In this document: positions 18,010 to 25,202 of the stretch, in pieces
Layout of the letters: each line of letters begins with the position of its first letter
Numbering within the stretch: the stretch's first letter is position 1
NCBI RefSeq assembly: GCF_037450285.1
Contig: NZ_JAQISN010000005.1
Location: 20,485 to 50,484 of the forward strand
DNA length: 30,000 bases
DNA from: Erwinia sp. SLM-02
GTDB lineage: Bacteria; Pseudomonadota; Gammaproteobacteria; Enterobacterales; Enterobacteriaceae
Direction: 5' to 3'
Notes under the pieces: generated by a model
The model's database searches: none
Seen by the model: the letters and a program-made list of their open reading frames with translations, nothing else
Told to the model about the DNA's origin: nothing
Translations under genes and position numbers: made by a program

Positions 18010-18043
18010 TTGGATCGTTCCAATTTCTTTTGGAACGTTCCAA
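18010..18043. promoter_or_regulatory. Two LacI/GalR-type palindromic operators
   Basis: TTGGATCGTTCCAA lies at 18010-18023 (outer 5+5 bp symmetric). TTGGAACGTTCCAA lies at 18030-18043 and is a perfect 14-bp palindrome. Both have a central CG flanked by AA/TT as in the family consensus TGnAAnCGnTTnCA, are 20 bp apart, and sit in the divergent LacI/operon control region. Confidence 0.7.
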
Positions 18044-18232
18044 AACACTATAGATGGCATTAGAAAGAGTCAATCCGTCATAACAGATAAGATCTAAAAT
18101 ATGATCTTCGTCGCAAACTTCTTGTAAGTATCTTCACTTGCAATGCATTAATTGGTGATACCGCAGGGGGAAAGGTGGATTTTGACCAGTACCGCGATTA
18201 CTCTTAGGGAAATTTTTTCCAGAGGTTACAAA

Positions 18233-19261
18233 GTGAGACTTCCTACGGGTGACGGTAAAGTGACAATCATGGATATTGCCCGTGCTGCTGGCGTGTCCAA
18301 ATCTACTGTCTCACTTGTGCTTAACAACAGCGAACTGGTGAAGCCGGAGACAGCCGCAAAGGTGAAGCTGGCGGCGGAAAGCATCGGTTATGTCTATAAC
18401 CGCAGTGCGGCCAGCCTGCGGCAGGGAACCAGCAACGTTGTGGCGATGGTGGTTAATGACCTCACCAACTCTTTCTTTGTTGAGCTGCTGATCGGTGCCG
18501 AGCGCCGCCTGCTGGAATCGGGCTTTATCACCCTGCTCTCCCATACCGGGGAAGATATTCCGCTTCAGGAACAGGTACTTAATTCGATGCGTGAGCAAAA
18601 AGCCGCCGGGCTGATACTGTGCCCTGCACTGAGCACGCCGCCCGGCCTGATCCGAACGCTGAAAAGCTGGAAGCTGCCCTTCGTCACCGTGATGCGCCCG
18701 TTAGAGGGTGAAGACTCTGATTTTATCGGCTGTGATAACTACGAAGGCATTAAGCTGGCCACCCAGCACCTGATCGATCTCGGCCATAAAAAAATTGCCT
18801 TCATTGGCCGTAACCGCACCAATTCCGTCAGCGTTGTCCGCCAGGACGGCTACGAGCACTGCCTGCTGAACAACGGATTTACTATTAATTCGTCGTGGAT
18901 TGTAGAAAGTAGAATCAGCATGGCGGGTGGTAAAGAAGCGATGAAACAGCTGCTCCAGCTTAACGAACGCCCAACGGCAGTGGTGTGTTATAACGATCTG
19001 ATCGCCACCGGGGTACTAAGCGAAATCGGTGAACAGGGTTTGACCGCCGGCAAGGATATTGCCGTGGTCGGCAGCGATGGCGTAGCTAATACCGCGTTCA
19101 CCAACCCGCCGCTGACCACCGTTGCCCTGCAGAGCCATAAAGTTGGCGAACTGGCCAGTCAGATTCTGCTGAACCGGTTAAAGGATCCGACCGCGCCCTT
19201 TACCCACACACTGCTGAAGCCCGAACTGATTATCCGCAAGTCCTGCGGTTCTAAAGCCTGA
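18233..19261 (+). CDS. LacI/GalR-family transcriptional regulator
   Basis: The HTH is TIMDIARAAGVSKSTVSLVLNN, followed by a periplasmic-binding-protein-like sugar-sensor fold (VVNDLTNSFF, AFIG, VVCYNDLIATGVL). The start is uncertain. I prefer GTG at 18233 (AGAGG SD 7 nt upstream), with alternatives GTG 18260 and ATG 18269. The ORF-track start at 18152 looks too long. Confidence 0.88.
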   Translation: MRLPTGDGKVTIMDIARAAGVSKSTVSLVLNNSELVKPETAAKVKLAAESIGYVYNRSAASLRQGTSNVVAMVVNDLTNSFFVELLIGAERRLLESGFITLLSHTGEDIPLQEQVLNSMREQKAAGLILCPALSTPPGLIRTLKSWKLPFVTVMRPLEGEDSDFIGCDNYEGIKLATQHLIDLGHKKIAFIGRNRTNSVSVVRQDGYEHCLLNNGFTINSSWIVESRISMAGGKEAMKQLLQLNERPTAVVCYNDLIATGVLSEIGEQGLTAGKDIAVVGSDGVANTAFTNPPLTTVALQSHKVGELASQILLNRLKDPTAPFTHTLLKPELIIRKSCGSKA

Positions 19262-19284
19262 AACCCTCTGCTTCCCGGCGATCG

Positions 19285-19328
19285 GGCTTCAGGCTTCAGG
19301 CTTCAGGCTTCAGGCTTCAGGCTTCAGG
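19285..19328. repeat. Perfect heptanucleotide tandem repeat (GGCTTCA) x6 plus a partial unit
   Basis: Six exact units span 19285-19326, followed by GG. The repeat starts 24 nt after the LacI stop codon and directly abuts the terminator stem. Confidence 0.95.
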
Positions 19329-19354
19329 TACTGTTTATCCCCGGGCAAACAGTA
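19329..19354 (+). terminator. Probable terminator of the LacI gene
   Basis: TACTGTTT-N10-AAACAGTA (8-bp stem), followed by the T-rich TCTGCTTATTTTGTG. Confidence 0.5.
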
Positions 19355-19384
19355 TCTGCTTATTTTGTGCGCTTCCTGCCGCCA

Positions 19385-19585
19385 TTATTCTCCATGCCGC
19401 TGCCCGTTTTGTTCCTCGCCGTTACAGCCGTTTTCATCGGCTTCATCCGCCTGCCACTGTAGCAGCGCGGCCAGATAGCCGTAGCGTGCCTCCACGCTGA
19501 AACCCTGCCAGATGCGGCCGCTGTCGCCTTCGGACAGTCTGAAGTAGTCGCGGAAATAGTGCGCGCTGTCTCTCAACATACTCAT
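19385..19585 (-). CDS. Hypothetical small acidic protein (66 aa)
   Basis: Strong SD (GGGGGAG, 5-nt spacer) precedes ATG at 19585. No family is recognised. The C-terminal third is Asp/Glu/Asn/Gln-rich. Confidence 0.5.
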   Translation of the reverse strand: MSMLRDSAHYFRDYFRLSEGDSGRIWQGFSVEARYGYLAALLQWQADEADENGCNGEEQNGQRHGE

Positions 19586-19772
19586 TTTAACTCCCCCACG
19601 TTTCGCTATCGATCTGAGCGATACGGATCTTCCCGCCGTCCGGGCATTAACGATCCGTGATCCGGCTCACTTCCGGCTTGTTGCAATTTTGTTAGCATCT
19701 CCGACATAATTACGAACGAAGATAATAAAACCTTCATTCGAAGCCTAACACACCTGAAGCGGAGCTGTCACG

Positions 19773-21032
19773 ATGAGCGATTTCACCTCGACCACCCTAC
19801 CTGAAGACCACAAGGCCCTTATCCGGCTGATGAAAAAGCAGCTTCGCCAGCAGATTGGTGACGTTGAAGGGCTTTTTGCCCAGGTTAAGCACAAGATTAC
19901 GACTGAAATCGCCCGGGCGAAGGCAGAAGAGGCCGCGAACGGCACCGCCTGGCCGGTGATTAACTGGAGTGACATCAGCGAAAAACGCATCACGGCGGAG
20001 CAGATTGCGGCGATCAAACGGCGCGGCTGCGTGGTGGTGAAGCAAACTTTCCCGCGCGATAAAGCCCTGGCCTGGGACACCTCAATGCTCGACTACCTCG
20101 ACCGCAACGATTTCGACGCGCAGTATCGTGGGCCGGGGGATACGTTCTTCGGCAGCCTTGAGGCATCCAGACCGGAGATTTACCCGATTTACTGGTCCAC
20201 CGCACAGATGGAAGCGCGGCAAAGTGAGGCAATGGCCGAAACGCAGTCGTTCCTCAACCGCCTGTGGAAGTTTGAAACCGAAGGGGTGAGCTGGTTTAAC
20301 CCGGACGTCAGCATTATCTATCCGGACCGCATCCGTCGCCGCCTGCCGGGAACCACCTCAAAAGGCCTGGGTGCGCACACCGACTCCGGCGCGCTGGAAC
20401 GCTGGCTGCTGCCGGCCTACCAGCAGGTATTCAGCAAAATATTCAACAATCAGTTCGCCGAGTACGATCCGTGGGATGCGGCGCACCGCACCGAGGTGCA
20501 TGAATATGATGTTGATAACACCACCAAGTGCTCCGCCTTCCGCACCTTCCAGGGCTGGACCGCGCTGTCGGATATGCAGCAGGGACAGGGGCTGCTGCAC
20601 GTGGTGCCGGTGCCGGAAGCGATGGCCTATGTGCTGCTGCGGCCGCTGCTGAACGACGTCCCGGAAGATGAACTGTGCGGCGTGGCGCCGGGCAAGGTTC
20701 TGCCGGTATCACCACAGTGGCACCCTGATTTGATTGAGGGACTCAGCTCGATCCCGTCGCTGCAGGCGGGCGATTCGGTCTGGTGGCACTGCGATGTGAT
20801 CCACTCGGTGGCCCCGGTAACCGAACAGCAGGGCTGGGGCAACGTGATGTATATCCCCGCCGCACCGCTCTGTGAGAAGAATCTGGCCTACGCACACAAA
20901 GTGGCGCAGGCGCTGGATCAAGGAACGTCGCCGGGCGATTTCCCGCGGGAAGACTACGAACGCGACTGGCAGCAGCGCTTTACTACTGCGGATTTGAATG
21001 ACATCGGTAAGCGTAGCCTCGGGTTGGAATAA
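19773..21032 (+). CDS. DUF1479 / YbiU-like protein (2-oxoglutarate/Fe(II)-oxygenase-like fold)
   Basis: 419 aa, the length typical of enterobacterial YbiU-type DUF1479 proteins. A candidate facial triad is H-x-D in GLGAHTDSG plus a distal His in WWHCDVIHSV. GGAG SD is present. The family call is from memory of family properties, not from an alignment. Confidence 0.6.
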   Translation: MSDFTSTTLPEDHKALIRLMKKQLRQQIGDVEGLFAQVKHKITTEIARAKAEEAANGTAWPVINWSDISEKRITAEQIAAIKRRGCVVVKQTFPRDKALAWDTSMLDYLDRNDFDAQYRGPGDTFFGSLEASRPEIYPIYWSTAQMEARQSEAMAETQSFLNRLWKFETEGVSWFNPDVSIIYPDRIRRRLPGTTSKGLGAHTDSGALERWLLPAYQQVFSKIFNNQFAEYDPWDAAHRTEVHEYDVDNTTKCSAFRTFQGWTALSDMQQGQGLLHVVPVPEAMAYVLLRPLLNDVPEDELCGVAPGKVLPVSPQWHPDLIEGLSSIPSLQAGDSVWWHCDVIHSVAPVTEQQGWGNVMYIPAAPLCEKNLAYAHKVAQALDQGTSPGDFPREDYERDWQQRFTTADLNDIGKRSLGLE

Positions 21033-21041
21033 GTGACAAAA

Positions 21042-21069
21042 CGGCTGGCCTGAAGTTTTGGGCCAGCCG
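21042..21069 (+). terminator. Hairpin after the DUF1479 gene (possible partial terminator or attenuator)
   Basis: CGGCTGGCC-N10-GGCCAGCCG (9-bp GC-rich stem), 10 nt after the stop. No U-tract follows. Confidence 0.35.
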
Positions 21070-21156
21070 CACGCAGGCCACCTGGCACAGACGTGGTATG
21101 CCGTGAAGAATATCTGTTAGACTGGGGCGAATTATTCCAGCCTTATCAAAGCCTGA

Positions 21157-21909
21157 ATGAACAGCAGACACGAACAGATCATCCAGCTGGTGAATGAAAG
21201 AGGCAGCGTCAGCGTCAGCGAGCTGGCGCAGCTGACCGGCGTTTCCGAAGTCACTATCCGCCAGGATCTCAACGCGCTGGAACGCGATAATTTCCTGAAG
21301 CGCGTTCATGGCTCCGCCGTGGCGCCCGACAGCGATGACGTCAATTCCCGCATGCAGACCCGCTACAAAATCAAGCAGGGGCTGGCCGAATTTGCCGCCT
21401 CACAGATCGGCGATGGCGAAGCGATCTTTATCGAAGGCGGCAGCACCAATGCCCTGCTGGCCCGCGCGCTCGCCGCGCGCAGCGACCTGACGATTATCAC
21501 CGTCAGCCACTTTATCGCCCATCTGCTGCGCGACTCGCAGTGCGAAGTGGTGATCCTCGGCGGCCAGTATCAGAAAAGCAGCGAGTCCGTGGTCGGACCG
21601 TTAACCCGCTACTGCATCCAGCAGCTCAACTTCCACAAGGCCTTTATCGGCGTGGACGGCTGGCATTCCGATACCGGCTTTACCGGCCGCAACATGATGC
21701 GCTGCGACGTGGTGAACGCGGTAATGGCCAAAGGTACCTGGACCATTGCGCTGACCGACTCGTCCAAATTCGGCAGCGTACACCCTTATCCGATTTCCAT
21801 TGAGCACCGCTTCAGCCAGATCATCACCGATGACGGCCTGGCACCGGACATCCGTAAGGCGCTGATTAAGCAGCAGTATCAGCTGGATATTGTTGCCCAG
21901 CGCCGCTAG
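21157..21909 (+). CDS. DeoR-family transcriptional regulator
   Basis: The N-terminal HTH is [39 protein letters not shown]. The C-terminus is a DeoR-C sugar-phosphate-sensor-like domain ([24 protein letters not shown]). Confidence 0.9.
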   Translation: MNSRHEQIIQLVNERGSVSVSELAQLTGVSEVTIRQDLNALERDNFLKRVHGSAVAPDSDDVNSRMQTRYKIKQGLAEFAASQIGDGEAIFIEGGSTNALLARALAARSDLTIITVSHFIAHLLRDSQCEVVILGGQYQKSSESVVGPLTRYCIQQLNFHKAFIGVDGWHSDTGFTGRNMMRCDVVNAVMAKGTWTIALTDSSKFGSVHPYPISIEHRFSQIITDDGLAPDIRKALIKQQYQLDIVAQRR

Positions 21910-21950
21910 CGCAGAGCCCGGCCGTTCGACATAAATAAGGAATCAGCAGT

Positions 21951-23729
21951 ATGGCCGCAACCCCTGCGGATAGTGAAAAATGGTGTCTGGGTAGCGTGAT
22001 CTGGTACGGCGGTTTTAATACCAAAACGAACAGAGAAAACCATTTCGGCTTTCTGGCCTCCGAGAGCAAAGCAGAGCTTTTTTTTCATAAAAGCGACATC
22101 ATCGGCAGCCAACTGCCCGAAGAAGAAACGCTGGTTCTGTTTCACGAAGGCGTCAGCAAAAACGGCAAACCCGCCGCCTTTGCCGTACATCTTCTGGAGG
22201 CCGCCGACTCGGCGGATCGGCTGGCCGACTACCTCAGCGCTTCCCGCCAGGGTGAAATTGATTTCAACCGCTGGCCGTACCGCGACAGGGTGATTCAGTG
22301 CTTCACTCAGGCGTGGGGAAAAGACGTGGTCAGCCGGCTGGCTGCCAGCGGCATTCCGCCCTGCACGCTGTTGGCGTTGTTCCACCAGCGGATGCACTAT
22401 GCCGGGCTGTTTGATGCCATCGCCGCCAGCCGCGATTTTAACGGCCTGATTGCAGAACGGATCTGCCCGACGCTGATGCCGCGCTCGTTTATCGACGCGC
22501 ATATCACGCAGTTTGCCGGGTGGATAAAATCAGAGGCAGTACAGAGTTCCGTTCACGCGGTGCCCCAGGTCGCACTGATTAAAACGCTGCTGACCCATAT
22601 CTCTTTGAGCGCCGTTCTCTACCTCGCCTTCCTGAACTGCCTGCCGGCTGACACCCTGATTGACCACCGCGGCAGTGAAATAGCGCAGTTTGTTAAGCGC
22701 AGCTTCAGCGATGACAGGCTGGCGGTAGAACCCTTTGTGCGCGACGCCTATCAGCACGCGTTCGCATCAAGAGCCGATTATTTCGCTCACCCGGTAATTA
22801 AGGCTTATGCGCTGCCCTATCTGATAAAACTCAAGATGTTCAGAAAGGATTTCAGCTTCGTTGATGACATTGAATCCAGCCCGCTGATGTCCGCCGATCC
22901 TGAGTATTTTATCCTCGGGAAGCTCCTGCCGCTGATTGGGCGCAACGACGATATGGTCATTCAAAGCGTGATTCTGCATGAGATCTGGCAGGGATTATTG
23001 TCCGGCAGGATCACCGTTGATCATCCCGCTATCTTCAGGCTTTTCCCGCAGTGTGAAAATTTGCGCAGCCGTTACTGGCATATCAAACTCTCCTGCGAGG
23101 CCTTCCACTGGCAGCCCAAAAATCAGGACGGCCCTAAGGCAAAAGTGTTTCTCTGCCGATCGAAAAAGTGCCTGGAACCTCAGGTATTGCCCGATCTCAG
23201 TAAGCCTTACGGGGATTTCTCCATTTATGACTGGCTTGCGCACTACGGCATGCAGTATATGGTCGCGGACGAGCCGTCAAAGCGCGATTTACCGATTAAA
23301 CTGGCGGCCTGGTTTAACCGTATCAGGGAGCTGTTTGCGCGCCTCTGCTGCCGCAGCTGCGGTCTGCTGATGGTCCCCAATATGAAATACTCCCGCGTTG
23401 AGGCCACGGTGTGGGACCCGGAAAGCAAAGGATTTGTCCGCAGACCCTTCCAGGCGGCCTATCGTCTGACGGTATTTAAGTGCGCCAGCCATGGCTGCGA
23501 GCAATTTGATATCAGCCACTACATCAACCACTGCATTGGCTATAAATGCAGCGAGATTATCGACGCCCGCGATCTGACCGAGAAATGCGACGAAGGCCGG
23601 TATATCTGTACCTCCTGTGGCTCCTGCTGCACGCATCACCAGGAAAAATATGGCAACGTCAATAACGGCGAAGCGGAAGATGTGAAGTACGAGCGCATCT
23701 ATAGCGGTTCACCGTACTACATCCCGTAA
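21951..23729 (+). CDS. Uncharacterised 592-aa protein: N-terminal cold-shock/OB-like domain, long helical middle region, Cys-rich (zinc-ribbon-like) C-terminus
   Basis: Long ORF with an AAGGA SD 9 nt upstream, starting 42 nt after the DeoR stop. Residues 11-82 follow the CspA-like pattern (GSVIWY, HFGFL, ELFFHKSDI, GKPAAFAVHLL). Residues 368-563 hold 16 Cys in paired spacings. No enzymatic motif is recognised. Confidence 0.8.
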   Translation: MAATPADSEKWCLGSVIWYGGFNTKTNRENHFGFLASESKAELFFHKSDIIGSQLPEEETLVLFHEGVSKNGKPAAFAVHLLEAADSADRLADYLSASRQGEIDFNRWPYRDRVIQCFTQAWGKDVVSRLAASGIPPCTLLALFHQRMHYAGLFDAIAASRDFNGLIAERICPTLMPRSFIDAHITQFAGWIKSEAVQSSVHAVPQVALIKTLLTHISLSAVLYLAFLNCLPADTLIDHRGSEIAQFVKRSFSDDRLAVEPFVRDAYQHAFASRADYFAHPVIKAYALPYLIKLKMFRKDFSFVDDIESSPLMSADPEYFILGKLLPLIGRNDDMVIQSVILHEIWQGLLSGRITVDHPAIFRLFPQCENLRSRYWHIKLSCEAFHWQPKNQDGPKAKVFLCRSKKCLEPQVLPDLSKPYGDFSIYDWLAHYGMQYMVADEPSKRDLPIKLAAWFNRIRELFARLCCRSCGLLMVPNMKYSRVEATVWDPESKGFVRRPFQAAYRLTVFKCASHGCEQFDISHYINHCIGYKCSEIIDARDLTEKCDEGRYICTSCGSCCTHHQEKYGNVNNGEAEDVKYERIYSGSPYYIP

Positions 23730-23730
23730 A

Positions 23731-23779
23731 GCGTAGGGATTGGCGGCATTTATATCGATACCGCTGTTAAGCCCTACGC
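23731..23779. terminator. Two-tier hairpin between convergent genes
   Basis: GCGTAGGG (23731-23738) pairs with CCCTACGC (23772-23779), with an inner GCGG/CCGC pair. It starts 2 nt after the 592-aa ORF stop and overlaps the last codons of the convergent LysR gene. Confidence 0.4.
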
Positions 23780-24667
23780 ATCCCCTTTCACCAGTTCCAC
23801 AAACCGTTCCACCAGCGGATTCTGGCGGGCAGAAGACCAGGCCACCGCCGTGGTGACCACTTCAATGCGCTCTTCCAGCGGCAGCGTCACCACGCTGGTG
23901 AGCGACAGATGTTTCAGCGAGGAAGGAACCAGCGCAATACCCTGCCCGCAGCCGACGAACGCGATCTGTAAGGCAACGGAGCGAACCTCATGGAGGATGC
24001 GCGGCGAAAAGCCCTCACTGCGGCAGGCGGTGATAATGCTGTCAAAATACCCGGGGTTGAGGTAGCGATAGAACATCACCCACTCTTCATTCATCAGCGA
24101 GCGCAGGCTGATTCGGTTCTGCCCGGCCAGCCGGTGATCGTGCGGTAGCGTCACCACCAGCTCCGCGCTGGATATCGGCAGCGATTCAATCCCTTCCCCC
24201 TGCTCGCCGGTCAGACGGGCGAATGCCAGGTCAATTTCACCGTTCTGCAGCGCCGGAATTGCCTCAGCGCTGTCGATCTCCTTAATGGAAATCACGATAT
24301 CCGGGTTCAGCGCCTTCATCCGGCGAATATAGCCGGGCAGCACGTCCAGCATTGCGGCGCTGATGGCGCCAATCGTCAGCACCCCGCTGTGCCCGGCAAC
24401 GGCCTCGTTGATCGCCACCTCAAGCCGCTCCACCTGCTCCGCAAATTTCTTCACCGCCGGAAGGATCGCCAGGCCGACCGGAGTCAGCTGCACGTTTCTT
24501 TTCGAGCGGTCGAACAGCTTAACTTTCAGCGACTGTTCCAGCACCTGAATTTGCTGGGTTAAAGGAGGCTGCGTCATACCCAGTTTCTTTGCCGCACGGC
24601 CGAAATGTTTCTCTTCCGCCACGGCGAGGAACAGCCACATATGGCGGATGATGCGAAAATTAATCAT
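23774..24667 (-). CDS. LysR-family transcriptional regulator
   Basis: The wHTH is WLFLAVAEEKHFGRAAKKLGMTQPPLTQQIQVLE, followed by a LysR substrate-binding domain. 297 aa. Confidence 0.9.
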   Translation of the reverse strand: MINFRIIRHMWLFLAVAEEKHFGRAAKKLGMTQPPLTQQIQVLEQSLKVKLFDRSKRNVQLTPVGLAILPAVKKFAEQVERLEVAINEAVAGHSGVLTIGAISAAMLDVLPGYIRRMKALNPDIVISIKEIDSAEAIPALQNGEIDLAFARLTGEQGEGIESLPISSAELVVTLPHDHRLAGQNRISLRSLMNEEWVMFYRYLNPGYFDSIITACRSEGFSPRILHEVRSVALQIAFVGCGQGIALVPSSLKHLSLTSVVTLPLEERIEVVTTAVAWSSARQNPLVERFVELVKGDA

Positions 24668-24910
24668 TTTTTCTCGATAGGCTGTGGATATCAGAACCCT
24701 GCCAGGGTGCGGTTTTGTATATCGAACTTTAACGCCGGTAGGGTGAGATATTCAACATTTTGCCAGAGGGTTTTATGAGGGATTTCTGTAAGATGAGTCA
24801 TTATCAGGGCGTGACGTAGGATGTCGGCAAACTTGGTGACTGAATTGGCTGGCTGAGTTAACTGCGGATTCCTGTACGGCGTGATGACTGCGATTTTAGT
24901 GAATGCTTCG

Positions 24911-25101
24911 ACTGGCCGGGGGACCGCTCGGGCGGGTCCTCGCGCCGCTTTGCGGTGCCCTCACTTCGCTTGTCAGCCGGTCGGACCGCCACAGACGCGC
25001 GTCCTGCGCGGCTGTGACTTTCGGCCACGTCCGTGTGGCCGAATCCTGGCTTCCTCGCTACGTTCAGCGCTGCGGATTGCCCGTTCGGTCCCCCGGCCAG
25101 T
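24911..25101. repeat. G+C-rich nested inverted-repeat element A (191 bp): long basal stem enclosing three local hairpins
   Basis: The basal inverted repeat ACTGGCCGGGGGACCG (24911-24926) / CGGTCCCCCGGCCAGT (25086-25101) is perfect over 16 bp. After a 2-nt mismatch it continues for 5 bp (24929-33 / 25079-83). The inner hairpins are 24942-24958, 24990-25016 and 25020-25043. The 3' arm is followed by CTGCGTTTTACTTTTGCG. Confidence 0.8.
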
Positions 25102-25202
25102 CTGCGTTTTACTTTTGCGTTGCCTGTTTGAAAAAATGGCTCTGGCTCTGGCACTTAAAATTAACGAACAAGCGATTTTCAAAACAGCGATGCCAACTGT
25201 AA

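Noticed and set aside
17870-18097. 75-aa TTG-initiated ORF in the AT-rich LacI/operon control region.
   Set aside because: It spans the two operator palindromes, is Lys/Asn/Ile-rich as expected from AT-rich non-coding DNA, and has no SD.
24911-25101. Retron msr/msd-like, IS/MITE with transposase, integron attC, or TnpB/IscB guide RNA.
   Set aside because: No reverse transcriptase, transposase, integrase or TnpB/IscB ORF occurs anywhere in the window. I could not identify terminal inverted repeats with target-site duplications at the block edges. A MITE/REP identity remains possible but needs copy-number data.
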